Shown here: one piece after another, positions 41,765 through 50,507 of the stretch
Layout: each line of letters begins with the position of its first letter
How positions within the stretch are numbered: the first letter of the stretch is position 1
DNA from: Deltaproteobacteria bacterium
Lineage (GTDB): Bacteria > Desulfobacterota > Desulfobacteria > Desulfobacterales > JAHEIW01
DNA: 64,000 nt
Direction: 5' to 3'
Assembly: GCA_024639185.1 (NCBI GenBank)
Contig: JAHEIW010000001.1
Location: forward strand, 24,153-88,152
Notes under the pieces: model-generated
Databases searched by the model: none
What the model saw: only the letters and a program-made list of their open reading frames with translations
What the model was told of the DNA's origin: nothing
Made by a program: the position numbers and the translations under genes

Positions 41765-42003
41765 AGTTCGGCCAGCAATTTCGCCCGATCGATGGTTGTC
41801 GGCAATATATGGTATCAAACCAATTCGACCTCCTGACCTGCCTTGAATCCGCCGTGAAACTCAATGTACGCCGGCCAACGTAATGCTATTGAAAATTATG
41901 GAATTGTCTATTATGGTGTCTGCCAACCTGCCGTTAAAGGCCGGCTGTTTTATCTTCAATGACGATCTCCGAATGATTTAAAGTCTTAAAAGGATCACCG
42001 ATC

Positions 42004-42429
42004 ATGAGCCAGTCCGCGATAGCCTATCATGAGCAGCCACCTCCGGCCACAGATTACGGTCGACTGTTTGAAACCACCGGCTGGAACACATCCTATCAAG
42101 CCAGTTTGCAGGAACTTCATCAGGCCATTTCCGACAGCTGGTATGTGCTGTCGGCCTACGAGAACGACCGTCTGGTCGGCTTCGGGCGCATTATATCAGA
42201 CGGCGTGTTATATGCCCTGATCTGTGATCTGATCGTCAATCCTGCCTGCCAGGGCCAGGGCATTGGCAGCGCCCTGCTTGCAAAATTGATCGAGCATTGC
42301 CACTCCAAGGGCATCCGGGTGATCTGGTTGTTTGCCGCCAAAGGTAAAAGGTCATTTTATAAAAAATTTGGTTTTCACGAGCGCCCGATAGACGCACCGG
42401 GCATGCAAATGGCCCCAAGCCAAGATTAG
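42004..42429 (+). CDS. GNAT family N-acetyltransferase
   Basis: LVGFGR, VNPACQGQGIG, FYKKFGF. Confidence 0.9.
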   Translation: MSQSAIAYHEQPPPATDYGRLFETTGWNTSYQASLQELHQAISDSWYVLSAYENDRLVGFGRIISDGVLYALICDLIVNPACQGQGIGSALLAKLIEHCHSKGIRVIWLFAAKGKRSFYKKFGFHERPIDAPGMQMAPSQD

Positions 42430-42445
42430 ACGAAAGGACGCGAAA

Positions 42446-42775
42446 ATGCCATACAACGAAAAGATCGATGCCCGCATCACCCAGATCGTGAGCCGCTGGA
42501 AAAATAGCGAGGCTAAAAAAATGTTCGGTGGCGTCTGCCATCTGCTCAACAGCAACATGCTCTGTGGGGTCTACAAGGATTACCTTATTCTGCGCCTGGG
42601 CGAAAAGGCCTCCAGCGCGGCGCTAAAAAAAGCGTATGCGCGGCCTTTTGATATCACCGGCAAACCCATGAAAGGCTGGGTGATGATGGAACAACGAGGC
42701 TTTAAAAGTGAAGATCAACTCAGGTCCTGGCTGAATCAGGCTAAAGATTTTGTCAAAACCCTGCCGCCTAAATGA
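42446..42775 (+). CDS. TfoX N-terminal domain protein
   Basis: KKMFGG, PFDITGKPMKGWV, TLPPK. Confidence 0.88.
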   Translation: MPYNEKIDARITQIVSRWKNSEAKKMFGGVCHLLNSNMLCGVYKDYLILRLGEKASSAALKKAYARPFDITGKPMKGWVMMEQRGFKSEDQLRSWLNQAKDFVKTLPPK

Positions 42776-43299
42776 ATTATATAAAACTCATTCCGGAGAT
42801 GGCGCCGCTTTTTGAACGCTCGGATTATGTTGACATCAAGACTGTAGAAGGCCACACACAACTGCGCGAGTTTATCGCCGCCATGTTGTCGTATTATCCT
42901 TGGTGGGTTGTGCTGTTGTATCGTATTCGGACTTTCCTGGTAAAGATTCTGGGATTGGTCGAGCACGAGGCGCCGGAAGCTTTGCCCGATTTGCAGGCTG
43001 AAAATGTATCGTTTGTGGCAGGTGACGAAGTGACCTTTTTCACTGTTCGGCTGGCAAAAGAAGAACGATATTGGATCAGTGAAACACCGGAAGATAAGCA
43101 CCTGAAGGCCTATTTCGCAGTGATTGTCGATCCCTTAGCGGAAGACCGCAAATGTTTTCATGTGGTCACCATCGTGCATTACAAACACTGGACCGGCCCG
43201 GTGTATTTTAACCTGATTCGCCCGTTTCATCATCTGGTGGTCAGGCAAATGATGCGAGCCGGTGTGGCGGCCAACCCATCGAATATATCGGAAACATAA
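42772..43299 (+). CDS. DUF2867 family protein
   Basis: DKHL, TIVHYKHWTGPVYFNLIRPFHHLVV. Confidence 0.8.
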   Translation: MNYIKLIPEMAPLFERSDYVDIKTVEGHTQLREFIAAMLSYYPWWVVLLYRIRTFLVKILGLVEHEAPEALPDLQAENVSFVAGDEVTFFTVRLAKEERYWISETPEDKHLKAYFAVIVDPLAEDRKCFHVVTIVHYKHWTGPVYFNLIRPFHHLVVRQMMRAGVAANPSNISET

Positions 43300-43366
43300 T
43301 TGTCCTAAAAAAATACCAGCAGTTCGTATGTCAAACTTCGGCCTCGATTATAATGACTGCCAGCAT

Positions 43367-44113
43367 TTATTTTAGCGCACGAATCAATACGCCCTCGGTG
43401 ATGGCTGAACTGTTAAATCCTGTTTTGGCGACCAGCTCTGGTCTTTTGAAGCCCGCCTTTTGAAGCATTGCCAGGAAATCCTTTCCCGGTATGGCGCCGC
43501 CCTCTCATTGCGCCCAACTCTTAATTATCTTATCTTTTTCCTTGGGCAACTCGCCGATTAGAATTTCGTCGGCAACCATCAGGCGGCCACCTGGTTTTAA
43601 AACGCGGTGGATCTCGCCAAGAGCCCTGGCTTTGTCGGGGACAAGATTTAAGGCCCCGTTTGAGGTGACAACGTTAAAGTTTTCGTTTGAAAAAGGTAAA
43701 TTTTCAACCGAACCTTCCTCTAAGATCACATTTTTTAAATCCGTCATTAAAAGATTTTTTTTAGCCTTGTTAAGCATCGCCGGTGTTAAATCGATCCCCG
43801 CTACTTTCCCCGAAGGACCGGTCATCATCGCAGAATAGAGCGTATCGACACCGGCTCCGCAGCCGACGTCGAGCACGGAATCGCTTTCATTGATGGGTCC
43901 CAATGTAAAAGGATTGCCCACACCGCAATATGAAGCGACAACTTCCGCAGGTAACGCCTGGAGAAGTTCCGGATCATATTGTAAAAGCGTTAGTCCCTCA
44001 TGGCCAGTGGGATACCGAAATAGGCCACCAGGATTTTTGGCGGCCTTTGAATATGTTTTCCGAACCCTCTTTTGAATCCATTTTTTATCTCGATTGGTAA
44101 ATTGAGTTTCCAT
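43367..44113 (-). CDS. Predicted selenoprotein: ArsM-like class I SAM methyltransferase, Sec at TGA 43505-43507
   Basis: YCGVGNP, LDVGCGAG; read-through gives SWAQ-U-EGGAIPGKDFLAMLQKAGF..., matching the ArsM-type W..C..GA...L..AGF segment; TAA at 43367. Confidence 0.85.
43471..43489 (-). other. Candidate SECIS for the methyltransferase UGA
   Basis: CCGGGAAA-GGA-TTTCCTGG 8-bp stem starting 15 nt after the UGA, G-first loop. Confidence 0.65.
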
Positions 44114-44233
44114 ATCCTAACCTTTCTTTATGCAAAAATTGGATGCGATCAAAAAATGAGAGTTGCATAATTTCGACCCGCCGGCCAGGTCATCAGGGAT
44201 CTTGGGCTTCCAACCGATTTCTACAGAGATGGT

Positions 44234-44497
44234 TTATTGGAGGCTTGCCTGGATAGCGGCTACCAGTTTTTTTTTGGAAATGTCGGTTCCTTCGACTACA
44301 ATTTCATCACCGACCATAACCGCAGGCGCCACCGGCAGATCGAGTTCAAAATATTCGTCGGTCATGTATTCGTCGTTTGGTTTTTCGATGGTTTCAATCT
44401 CGATATCGTATTTGGCACCCAACCTGGGCATCATTTTTTTGAAGTGCTTTCACGGCTTACCGTTGGGCAGGTTCATGAAAAATATGACCTTCAACAT
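44234..44497 (-). CDS. Predicted small thioredoxin-like selenoprotein (NxPxGxxU motif, TsoC-like), Sec at TGA 44450-44452
   Basis: GGAGG RBS, ATG 44497, MLKVIFFMNLPNGKP-U-KHFKKMMPRLG... in frame with ORF 44234-44434; APAVMVGDEIVVEG cis-Pro-type motif; 87 aa. Confidence 0.8.
44417..44429 (-). other. Candidate SECIS for the small selenoprotein
   Basis: GCCCA-GGT-TGGGT hairpin starting 20 nt after the UGA; CAGGT resembles the fdhF SECIS apex. Confidence 0.65.
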
Positions 44498-44583
44498 AAT
44501 GGCCTCCATTGGTGTTCGTTGTCAGTTGTCCGTTGAGCGTCGTTTCTAAAACCCCAGTTGCTCTGATACTGCGGCAATAGCCG

Positions 44584-46320
44584 TTACTTGCTTTTAATCG
44601 CTGCCATCCGCACCAAAAATTGATCCACCGGCAGATAATCTACTAGGCGCAATTCGCGCCGTTCTTTTCCCTGACGATCTAAGAACACAACCGTGGGAAC
44701 GCCTCTAACACGATATTGACGTAATAAGTCTTCATAGACCGGATTGCCCTTTCGGGTGAGGTCTACCTTTATCATGATAAAATCTTTTTTAGTCTGTTTG
44801 ACAATTTCAGGATGATGAAAGGTGATTTCATCCAGTTCGCGACAGGGCGCACACCAGTCGGCATAAAAATCAAGGATCACCGGCTTTTTTAATCTCTGGG
44901 CTTCCACCAATAACGATTCTGAATAGGGCTGCCAGGCCAAGCCGGGACCGCGCATCAACCAGGAGCCGATAAGGACAGTGGCGATGATCAGGCCCACGAT
45001 GGCCGCAGCGATCCTGAGCCAATCAAATCCGCGAAATTCGGCGCGGCTCCGATCTATCCAGCCAAGGTGTAATGCAGCCGCCAAAGCCACGGCGGATAAT
45101 AAAAACACTTTTACAGTACCGGGTAATAACGGCTGAATAAAATAAGCGGCCATGCCCACCAGAATCCAGCCCAAAAGTTTTTTGACCCACAGCATCCACT
45201 CACCGGAACGGGGAAGATTGCTCAGCTGTCCGGAAAACAGTGCCAGAAAAAACAGGGGCAGGCCCAGGCCCAGGCTCAGGGTAAAAAAGATTAAAAATCC
45301 GATCCATAGGTTTCCAAGCGTGGCGACCCAGGTCAGCAGCCCCAAGATGAATGGACCAATACACGCGGAAGCCACCACTCCCAAAGTTAGGCCCATGAAC
45401 AGGCTACCCATGTAACCGGTATACGTTTTTGACGCTGCCTGCGATAAAGCATAGGGAAGTCGTATTTCCCAAAGCCCAAAGAGACTGGTCGCAAAAAAAA
45501 TCAGGACGACCGCCACCAGAGCGAGCACTAAAGGATGCTGCAGCAGACTGCCAAACATCCCGCCGGTTAGAGCAGCAATAACGCCGAGCACAGAGTTGGT
45601 AATTGCCAGCCCTCCGATATAGCAGGCTCCATGGATGATGAGCTTTTGCTGGCTTTCAGCGCGCCCGCCACCGAAATAGGAAACCGTAATCGGAATTAAG
45701 GGGTAGATGCAGGGTGTCAGGTTCAGGGCGATTCCGCCGGCAAAAATTCCCAAAAACGTCCATATCATCGCCCAGCCATGTAAGGGTTTTGACTGTTGTG
45801 GGGCCAGTGAGGTTTCCGAAAGACCGGCTGGAGAGCTGTCAATCGGCAACCCCCGGGCATGCCATTCCGGATAGCCCATGGGTTCACGAAAAATATTTTG
45901 ATAACCAAGTTTTACGGCCACCCGGGCCGCCGAGTCGCTGCGGGCTCATGCCAGCCCTGCTCAGTAAAATACAATGAAACGATTTTGGTCTGAGCCCAGT
46001 AATTTTTTGAGGGCGCCTTTGTTGCGCCAGCGCGACAGCCAGGTCGGCTCCATTGGAAAATTCACCGCTTTTTGAATATGGCCGGTGCGGTATTCCCACT
46101 CCTGGCGTGTATCGACCAGCAGGATAGAATCCGATTTTATCTTATACTTGCTGGCTAAATCATCTGTGGTTATCAACTGATAGCCGCCTTGACGGGCTTC
46201 GGTCATCACATCCTGCCAGGTAGCTGTTTTGGGAGCGACCACCCGATTGGCTTGCCAGATGTAACCTGCGGTCAGCGCCACAGCTGCCAGCGCCAGCAAA
46301 GTTTTTTTTAAACTGCTCAT
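44584..46320 (-). CDS. Predicted double-selenocysteine rhodanese-DsbD(beta+gamma) fusion; Sec at 45961-45963 and 45946-45948
   Basis: ORFs 45961-46332 and 44584-45921 are in frame and joined by IVFY-U-AGLA-U-ARSDSAARVAVKLGY; then TM Cys motifs LTPCIYP and SACIGP, and thioredoxin WCAPC; start ATG 46320 or GTG 46332. Confidence 0.85.
45914..45930 (-). other. Candidate SECIS downstream of the tandem UGAs
   Basis: GCGGCC-CGGGT-GGCCGT hairpin; loop starts 21 nt after the second and 36 nt after the first UGA. Confidence 0.55.
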
Positions 46321-46404
46321 CGCCTTATTCACTGTTATCTTATTAGATAATCTGTTTAGCGGTTGAATTCACCCGTTGTGTTTCCTTCGCTAAACCAAAT
46401 GAAC

Positions 46405-47082
46405 TTAGACCTCTTCGTTTCCAATAATCGGAAACCCCAGAGCCCGAAAATCCTGAATGCCTTCCTCAAGTCGAATCGCCTTGAATCCACGAGCGCGAAG
46501 AATTTCCACAGCCATAACCGAAAGAACACAATACGGACCACGGCAATAGGCCACAATTTCCTGGTCGCGCGGTAAATCCGACAAATGCTGCTGCAGCTCT
46601 TTGAGCGGAACGGACAGGGCGCCGGCAATGTGCCCGGCGTTGAATTCCACAGACGGGCGAACATCCAGAACGGTCACCGCATCTTCGCGCACGAGTTTTA
46701 GAAGCTTTGTGCGGTCCACCGGCATCATACCTTCTCTGCCATCCAGGAAACGATTTTTGATTTGTTCCACTTCGGCCAGGCGGCTTTCGGCCAGCAGACG
46801 CATGGACCGAAAAAACTCGCAGACCTGCTGATCGGCAAGCCGATAAATGACATACAAGCCATCTTTGTCAGCCGCCACCAGCCGGGCAGCTCGCAGGACC
46901 TGCAAATGCTGGGAGGTATTGGCGATGGTCAAACCAGATTCGTTGGCCAGGGCCTCTACCGTGCGAGGTCCCTGGCAAAGGAGGTCCAGCAGCTCCAAGC
47001 GTCTGGGACTGGAAATCGCCTTGCCGACGCGCGCGAATTGCTCATATATCGCATCTTTAAATGCTCGGGTTGGATTTTTCAT
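46405..47082 (-). CDS. ArsR-family regulator fused to a rhodanese domain
   Basis: KAISSPRRLELLDLL, NTSQHLQVL HTH; LDVRP, GHIAGA, YCRGPYC; ATG 47082. Confidence 0.92.
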   Translation of the reverse strand: MKNPTRAFKDAIYEQFARVGKAISSPRRLELLDLLCQGPRTVEALANESGLTIANTSQHLQVLRAARLVAADKDGLYVIYRLADQQVCEFFRSMRLLAESRLAEVEQIKNRFLDGREGMMPVDRTKLLKLVREDAVTVLDVRPSVEFNAGHIAGALSVPLKELQQHLSDLPRDQEIVAYCRGPYCVLSVMAVEILRARGFKAIRLEEGIQDFRALGFPIIGNEEV

Positions 47083-47085
47083 TTT

Positions 47086-47129
47086 ATATCCTATAGTATT
47101 CAATTGATTAATTGAATACTATAGGATAT
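47086..47129. promoter_or_regulatory. 44-bp palindromic operator of the ArsR-rhodanese gene
   Basis: ATATCCTATAGTATTCAATT-gatt-AATTGAATACTATAGGATAT; minus-strand TTGACA at 47139-47144 with its -10 inside the palindrome. Confidence 0.8.
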
Positions 47130-47288
47130 CTGCTCTATTGTCAAGAGAAAGTTATCTTACAAAAAATGTGGAGTTCGAATGCAATTACGTCGGCTTAAGG
47201 CCCATAGGGACCACCGAACAGGTTAGTAAAAAATTTTGCAATAAACTGAAATTTAGGCAGAATTTAGATTTCGGACATCGGGTGGGTC

Positions 47289-47459
47289 TTAGCGAAAGGA
47301 TGCTGTTTTTAAAAGCTGTGCCATCGCATTCAAAAGTTCTTCTATCAGGTCATCGGCTGTGTGAAAATGTTTCTTATCAGCCCAGCTATCTTTTAATTGA
47401 TGCATCCAATACGTTGGATTTGGCGCCATACGATTCCAGTTCGATTGATTGATATCCAT
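47289..47459 (-). CDS. Possible 56-aa hypothetical protein
   Basis: MDINQSNWNRMAPNPTYWMHQ...LLKTASFR, co-directional within the cluster; no family recognised. Confidence 0.3.
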   Translation of the reverse strand: MDINQSNWNRMAPNPTYWMHQLKDSWADKKHFHTADDLIEELLNAMAQLLKTASFR

Positions 47460-47498
47460 TCGCCCCGTTCGCTCCGAATATGTCTCTTTGACCTGATC

Positions 47499-47708
47499 TT
47501 AAAGACGGTTGTTTTTTAAACTGTCCACCACCTGGCGGACGTCTGCCAAGCATCAACTGCCACTGGGATTTTTAGTGGCACACTCACAGGTCCCCATCTT
47601 CTTTGCCATGGCAATTTTTTCCATGATTGTTGACCGACCGTGTTTCACAAAATCGCGCTGGATATTTTCAACTGTGTAGCCAAAACAATAGCAAATTAAG
47701 TCACTCAT
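47499..47708 (-). CDS. Predicted selenoprotein: BFD-like [2Fe-2S] (CopZ-N-like) protein, Sec at TGA 47553-47555; not in ORF track
   Basis: MSDLICYCFGYT...GTCECATKNPSGS-U-CLADVRQVVDSLKNNRL; family motif CYCF...CxC..NPxGxCCL with the first C of CC read from TGA; 69 aa. Confidence 0.85.
47523..47540 (-). other. Candidate SECIS for the BFD-like protein
   Basis: GTCCGCC-AGGT-GGTGGAC 7-bp stem starting 12 nt after the UGA. Confidence 0.7.
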
Positions 47709-47740
47709 GAATGTTTTCAACTTAAATCGTATATGAACAG

Positions 47741-48214
47741 CTATTCATGCTTAATACGTCCAAAGCCGTTTCTGCGTTTGCCTTCGAATAATATAATCAG
47801 CAGACCGCAAAGAAAATAGAAAATGTCGCGTAGCACTGTCATTTTAGAAGAGCTGCTATTTCCGTTTTGATCGGCAGAAAAACATCCGCAATCAAATTCG
47901 TGGCCGCGAATAATATTGATTGTTAAAGCCGCCATGAAGGCCAGCAGCAAAATATTAATGGTGATGGCTGCCGAGCGCGGGTAGAATCCAAGGATGAGTG
48001 CAAGTCCGGCAACAAGCTCGAGAAACGGAATAATGATGGCGATCAGATTGATTAAAACATGCGGAAATAGGGCATAGCCATAAACAATTTTGGCAAAATC
48101 TGTCGGTGACAGGATTTTGTGGAAACTGGCGTAGATGAAGGTGAGCCCCAGAATCCAGCGGGCCGCCAGTTCAATCCAGCTATTATTGATGATGGATAGC
48201 TTAAAATTTTCCAA
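47741..48214 (-). CDS. MauE/DoxX family redox membrane protein
   Basis: RWILGLTFIYASFHKI, IPFLELVAG, FDCGCF; probable TTG start 48214 overlapping the upstream gene. Confidence 0.85.
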   Translation of the reverse strand: MENFKLSIINNSWIELAARWILGLTFIYASFHKILSPTDFAKIVYGYALFPHVLINLIAIIIPFLELVAGLALILGFYPRSAAITINILLLAFMAALTINIIRGHEFDCGCFSADQNGNSSSSKMTVLRDIFYFLCGLLIILFEGKRRNGFGRIKHE

Positions 48215-48701
48215 TGGGATAGCCCTCTGCTTCCCAGCCCGGAAAGCCGTCAATAAAGATGCGCACTTCACTGAACCCAACGTCTGAGAGCAACCGTGCG
48301 AGATGATGGCTGTCTTCGCAGGTTCGGCCGGAACAATAGGTAACAATGGGTTGATCCGGCGGGTACTGATTTATGAACGATTCTATTTTTTCATCAAATT
48401 GGCCGATCGGCAATGATATGGCTCCCGGGATGTGGCCGCTTTCATAGTCCTCTGTTGAACGTGCGTCTACAAAAAGTGTGTCATCGTCATAAAATATTTT
48501 GGCGGCATCGCTTACCCGGTCGATTTCAGCAATGCGATACCCATCCTCACCCGGGGCATTGGGGCGAATGACCCCTTTAGCCGTGTCCCACTGACCTACC
48601 AGGGCAATGCCTCTGGGCGACAGATGGTTCACCACCAGCGCCAGCGCCACTGAAACACCCACCAGGATCATAATTTCCTTTATCGTTTTTCCGTAAATCA
48701 T
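48201..48701 (-). CDS. Membrane-anchored rhodanese domain protein
   Basis: N-terminal TM, VDAR, GHIPGA, TYCSGRTCEDS, GFPGW. Confidence 0.9.
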   Translation of the reverse strand: MIYGKTIKEIMILVGVSVALALVVNHLSPRGIALVGQWDTAKGVIRPNAPGEDGYRIAEIDRVSDAAKIFYDDDTLFVDARSTEDYESGHIPGAISLPIGQFDEKIESFINQYPPDQPIVTYCSGRTCEDSHHLARLLSDVGFSEVRIFIDGFPGWEAEGYPIGKF

Positions 48702-48882
48702 TTACAAATCCTGAGATCAATTTGTAATGATCTGGAGTTTTATTAGAATTGACTTCAAGACTTCAGGTCTTGTCCGAGGGCGCGGCGCAAACCGTTTCAA
48801 AAGTGGAGCATACACGATAGTATTCGAGCATTTTGAAACGGTTTGCAACAATGCCATCGGGCAAGAGATGATGAAATTGAAG

Positions 48883-49746
48883 TCAATTCCGGATGAAGGT
48901 GCCGTTTTGAATTTCCTGTAATGTCTGTTCAATTTCCGCCTGCGTATTCATGACAAAGGGCCCATAGCGCGCGATGGGTTCGTTTATCGGCTTACCGGCC
49001 ATCAGCACAAATCGCACGCCCTGATCGCCGGCCCGTACCGATACCAAGTCCCCGTCGCCAAAGACAATCAAACGCGGTTGGCCAACTAAAGATTTCTGAG
49101 TGCTCCCGTTGGCGCCAAAATCGCCTTCACCTTCGAATACATAGGCGATGGCGGCGTTATCGTCGGCAACCGGTTGTGCATATGAGGCGTGTGCAGGAAC
49201 GGATACATCCAGATAGATGGGATCGGCGGCAATCTCTTTTACCGGGCCGTTGACACCATCGACCTGACCGGCGATCACCCGGATGATGACGCCATCATCC
49301 TGTTGAACCTCCGGTATCTGATCGGATGTAATATTCTGATAGCGCGGAGCCGTCTTTTTGAGTCTGGCCGGAAGGTTGACCCACAGTTGAAAGCCTTTCA
49401 TTTCACCCTCAATTTGCTGGGGCATTTCCTCGTGCAGAATTCCCCGGCCGGTTGTCATCCATTGGACATCGCCGTCAGTGATGCTGCCGGAATTGCCGAT
49501 GCTGTCTTTATGGTTGACGCGCCCACTGATCATATACGTGACGGTTTCAATTCCACGGTGCGGATGCATGGGAAATCCCTTCATATAATCATCAGGGTTG
49601 CTGGATCCAAAATGATCAAACAGCAAAAATGGGTCGACATGATCCAGTTCAGCGGTGGCAATGCTTCTGATCAGTCGTACGCCGGCACCTTCAAGCACCG
49701 GTCGAGGCTCGATAATACGCGCCACTTTTCTCACTTGAGGTGTCAT
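48883..49746 (-). CDS. Pirin family protein
   Basis: DPFLLFDH, HPHRGIETVTY, GILHEE, GPFVMN. Confidence 0.95.
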   Translation of the reverse strand: MTPQVRKVARIIEPRPVLEGAGVRLIRSIATAELDHVDPFLLFDHFGSSNPDDYMKGFPMHPHRGIETVTYMISGRVNHKDSIGNSGSITDGDVQWMTTGRGILHEEMPQQIEGEMKGFQLWVNLPARLKKTAPRYQNITSDQIPEVQQDDGVIIRVIAGQVDGVNGPVKEIAADPIYLDVSVPAHASYAQPVADDNAAIAYVFEGEGDFGANGSTQKSLVGQPRLIVFGDGDLVSVRAGDQGVRFVLMAGKPINEPIARYGPFVMNTQAEIEQTLQEIQNGTFIRN

Positions 49747-49784
49747 GCTTTTCTCCTTCAGATGTTTAACATTAAAATTTCTGA

Positions 49785-50396
49785 CTAAGCGCTCAATTTC
49801 GTCGCGATTTCGGCCACATGCTTACCCTGGAACCGGGCGCCCTCCAATTCGTTTTCACTGGGTGTGCGCGAGCCATCGCCACCGGCAATCGTCGAGGCGC
49901 CGTAAGGGGAACCTCCGGTAATCTCATCGACGCGCATCTGGCCCTGAAAGGCATATGGCAGACCCACCACCACAAACCCGTGATGCAGCAGGGTGACATG
50001 GAAGGTCAGAAGCGTCGATTCCTGTCCACCGTGCTGGGTGGCGCTGCAGGTAAAAACACTGCCGACTTTTCCCACCAGTGATCCGTTTGCCCATAGCTGT
50101 CCGGTGGCATCTAAAAATTGGCGCATTTGCCCGCACATATTGCCAAAGCGGGTCGGCGTGCCAAAGATAACCGCATCTGCTTTGGCCAGCTCATCGACAG
50201 TACATTCGGCAATGTGCGAAAATGTCTTTTGGGCATCGACCGCCCCCATTTTCTCCAGTACTGCCGGAGGCAGGGTCTCCGGCACACGCCGGATATCGAC
50301 TTCAGCGCCAGCCACTTGTTTTACGCCTTCGGCAACCGCCTCGGCCATTTTATGGACATGTCCGTATGTGGAATAAAAAACAACGAGTACTTTCAT
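49785..50396 (-). CDS. wrbA: NAD(P)H:quinone oxidoreductase WrbA
   Basis: YSTYGH, GTPTRFG, TQHGGQE, GGSPYGA. Confidence 0.95.
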   Translation of the reverse strand: MKVLVVFYSTYGHVHKMAEAVAEGVKQVAGAEVDIRRVPETLPPAVLEKMGAVDAQKTFSHIAECTVDELAKADAVIFGTPTRFGNMCGQMRQFLDATGQLWANGSLVGKVGSVFTCSATQHGGQESTLLTFHVTLLHHGFVVVGLPYAFQGQMRVDEITGGSPYGASTIAGGDGSRTPSENELEGARFQGKHVAEIATKLSA

Positions 50397-50507
50397 GGTC
50401 AAATCCTCCTGTTGGGTTGTTATGAATTATCTATACGTAATCCTAATATTTTGCAGATCGAATTGCACCCTTGCGTATAAAGGCCAAACGATTCAGTCTG
50501 TTGAGAT

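Noticed and set aside
47138..47452. 104-aa plus-strand ORF inside the selenoprotein cluster
   Set aside because: Opposite to all neighbours, TTG start without RBS, overlaps the regulator promoter, no recognisable motif
43367..47708. Reading the split genes as pseudogenes or as genetic code 4/25
   Set aside because: All interruptions are TGA at Cys-type positions with hairpins and no frameshifts; TGA is a normal stop elsewhere (rpmA, nadD, pstB) and Trp/Gly use standard codons
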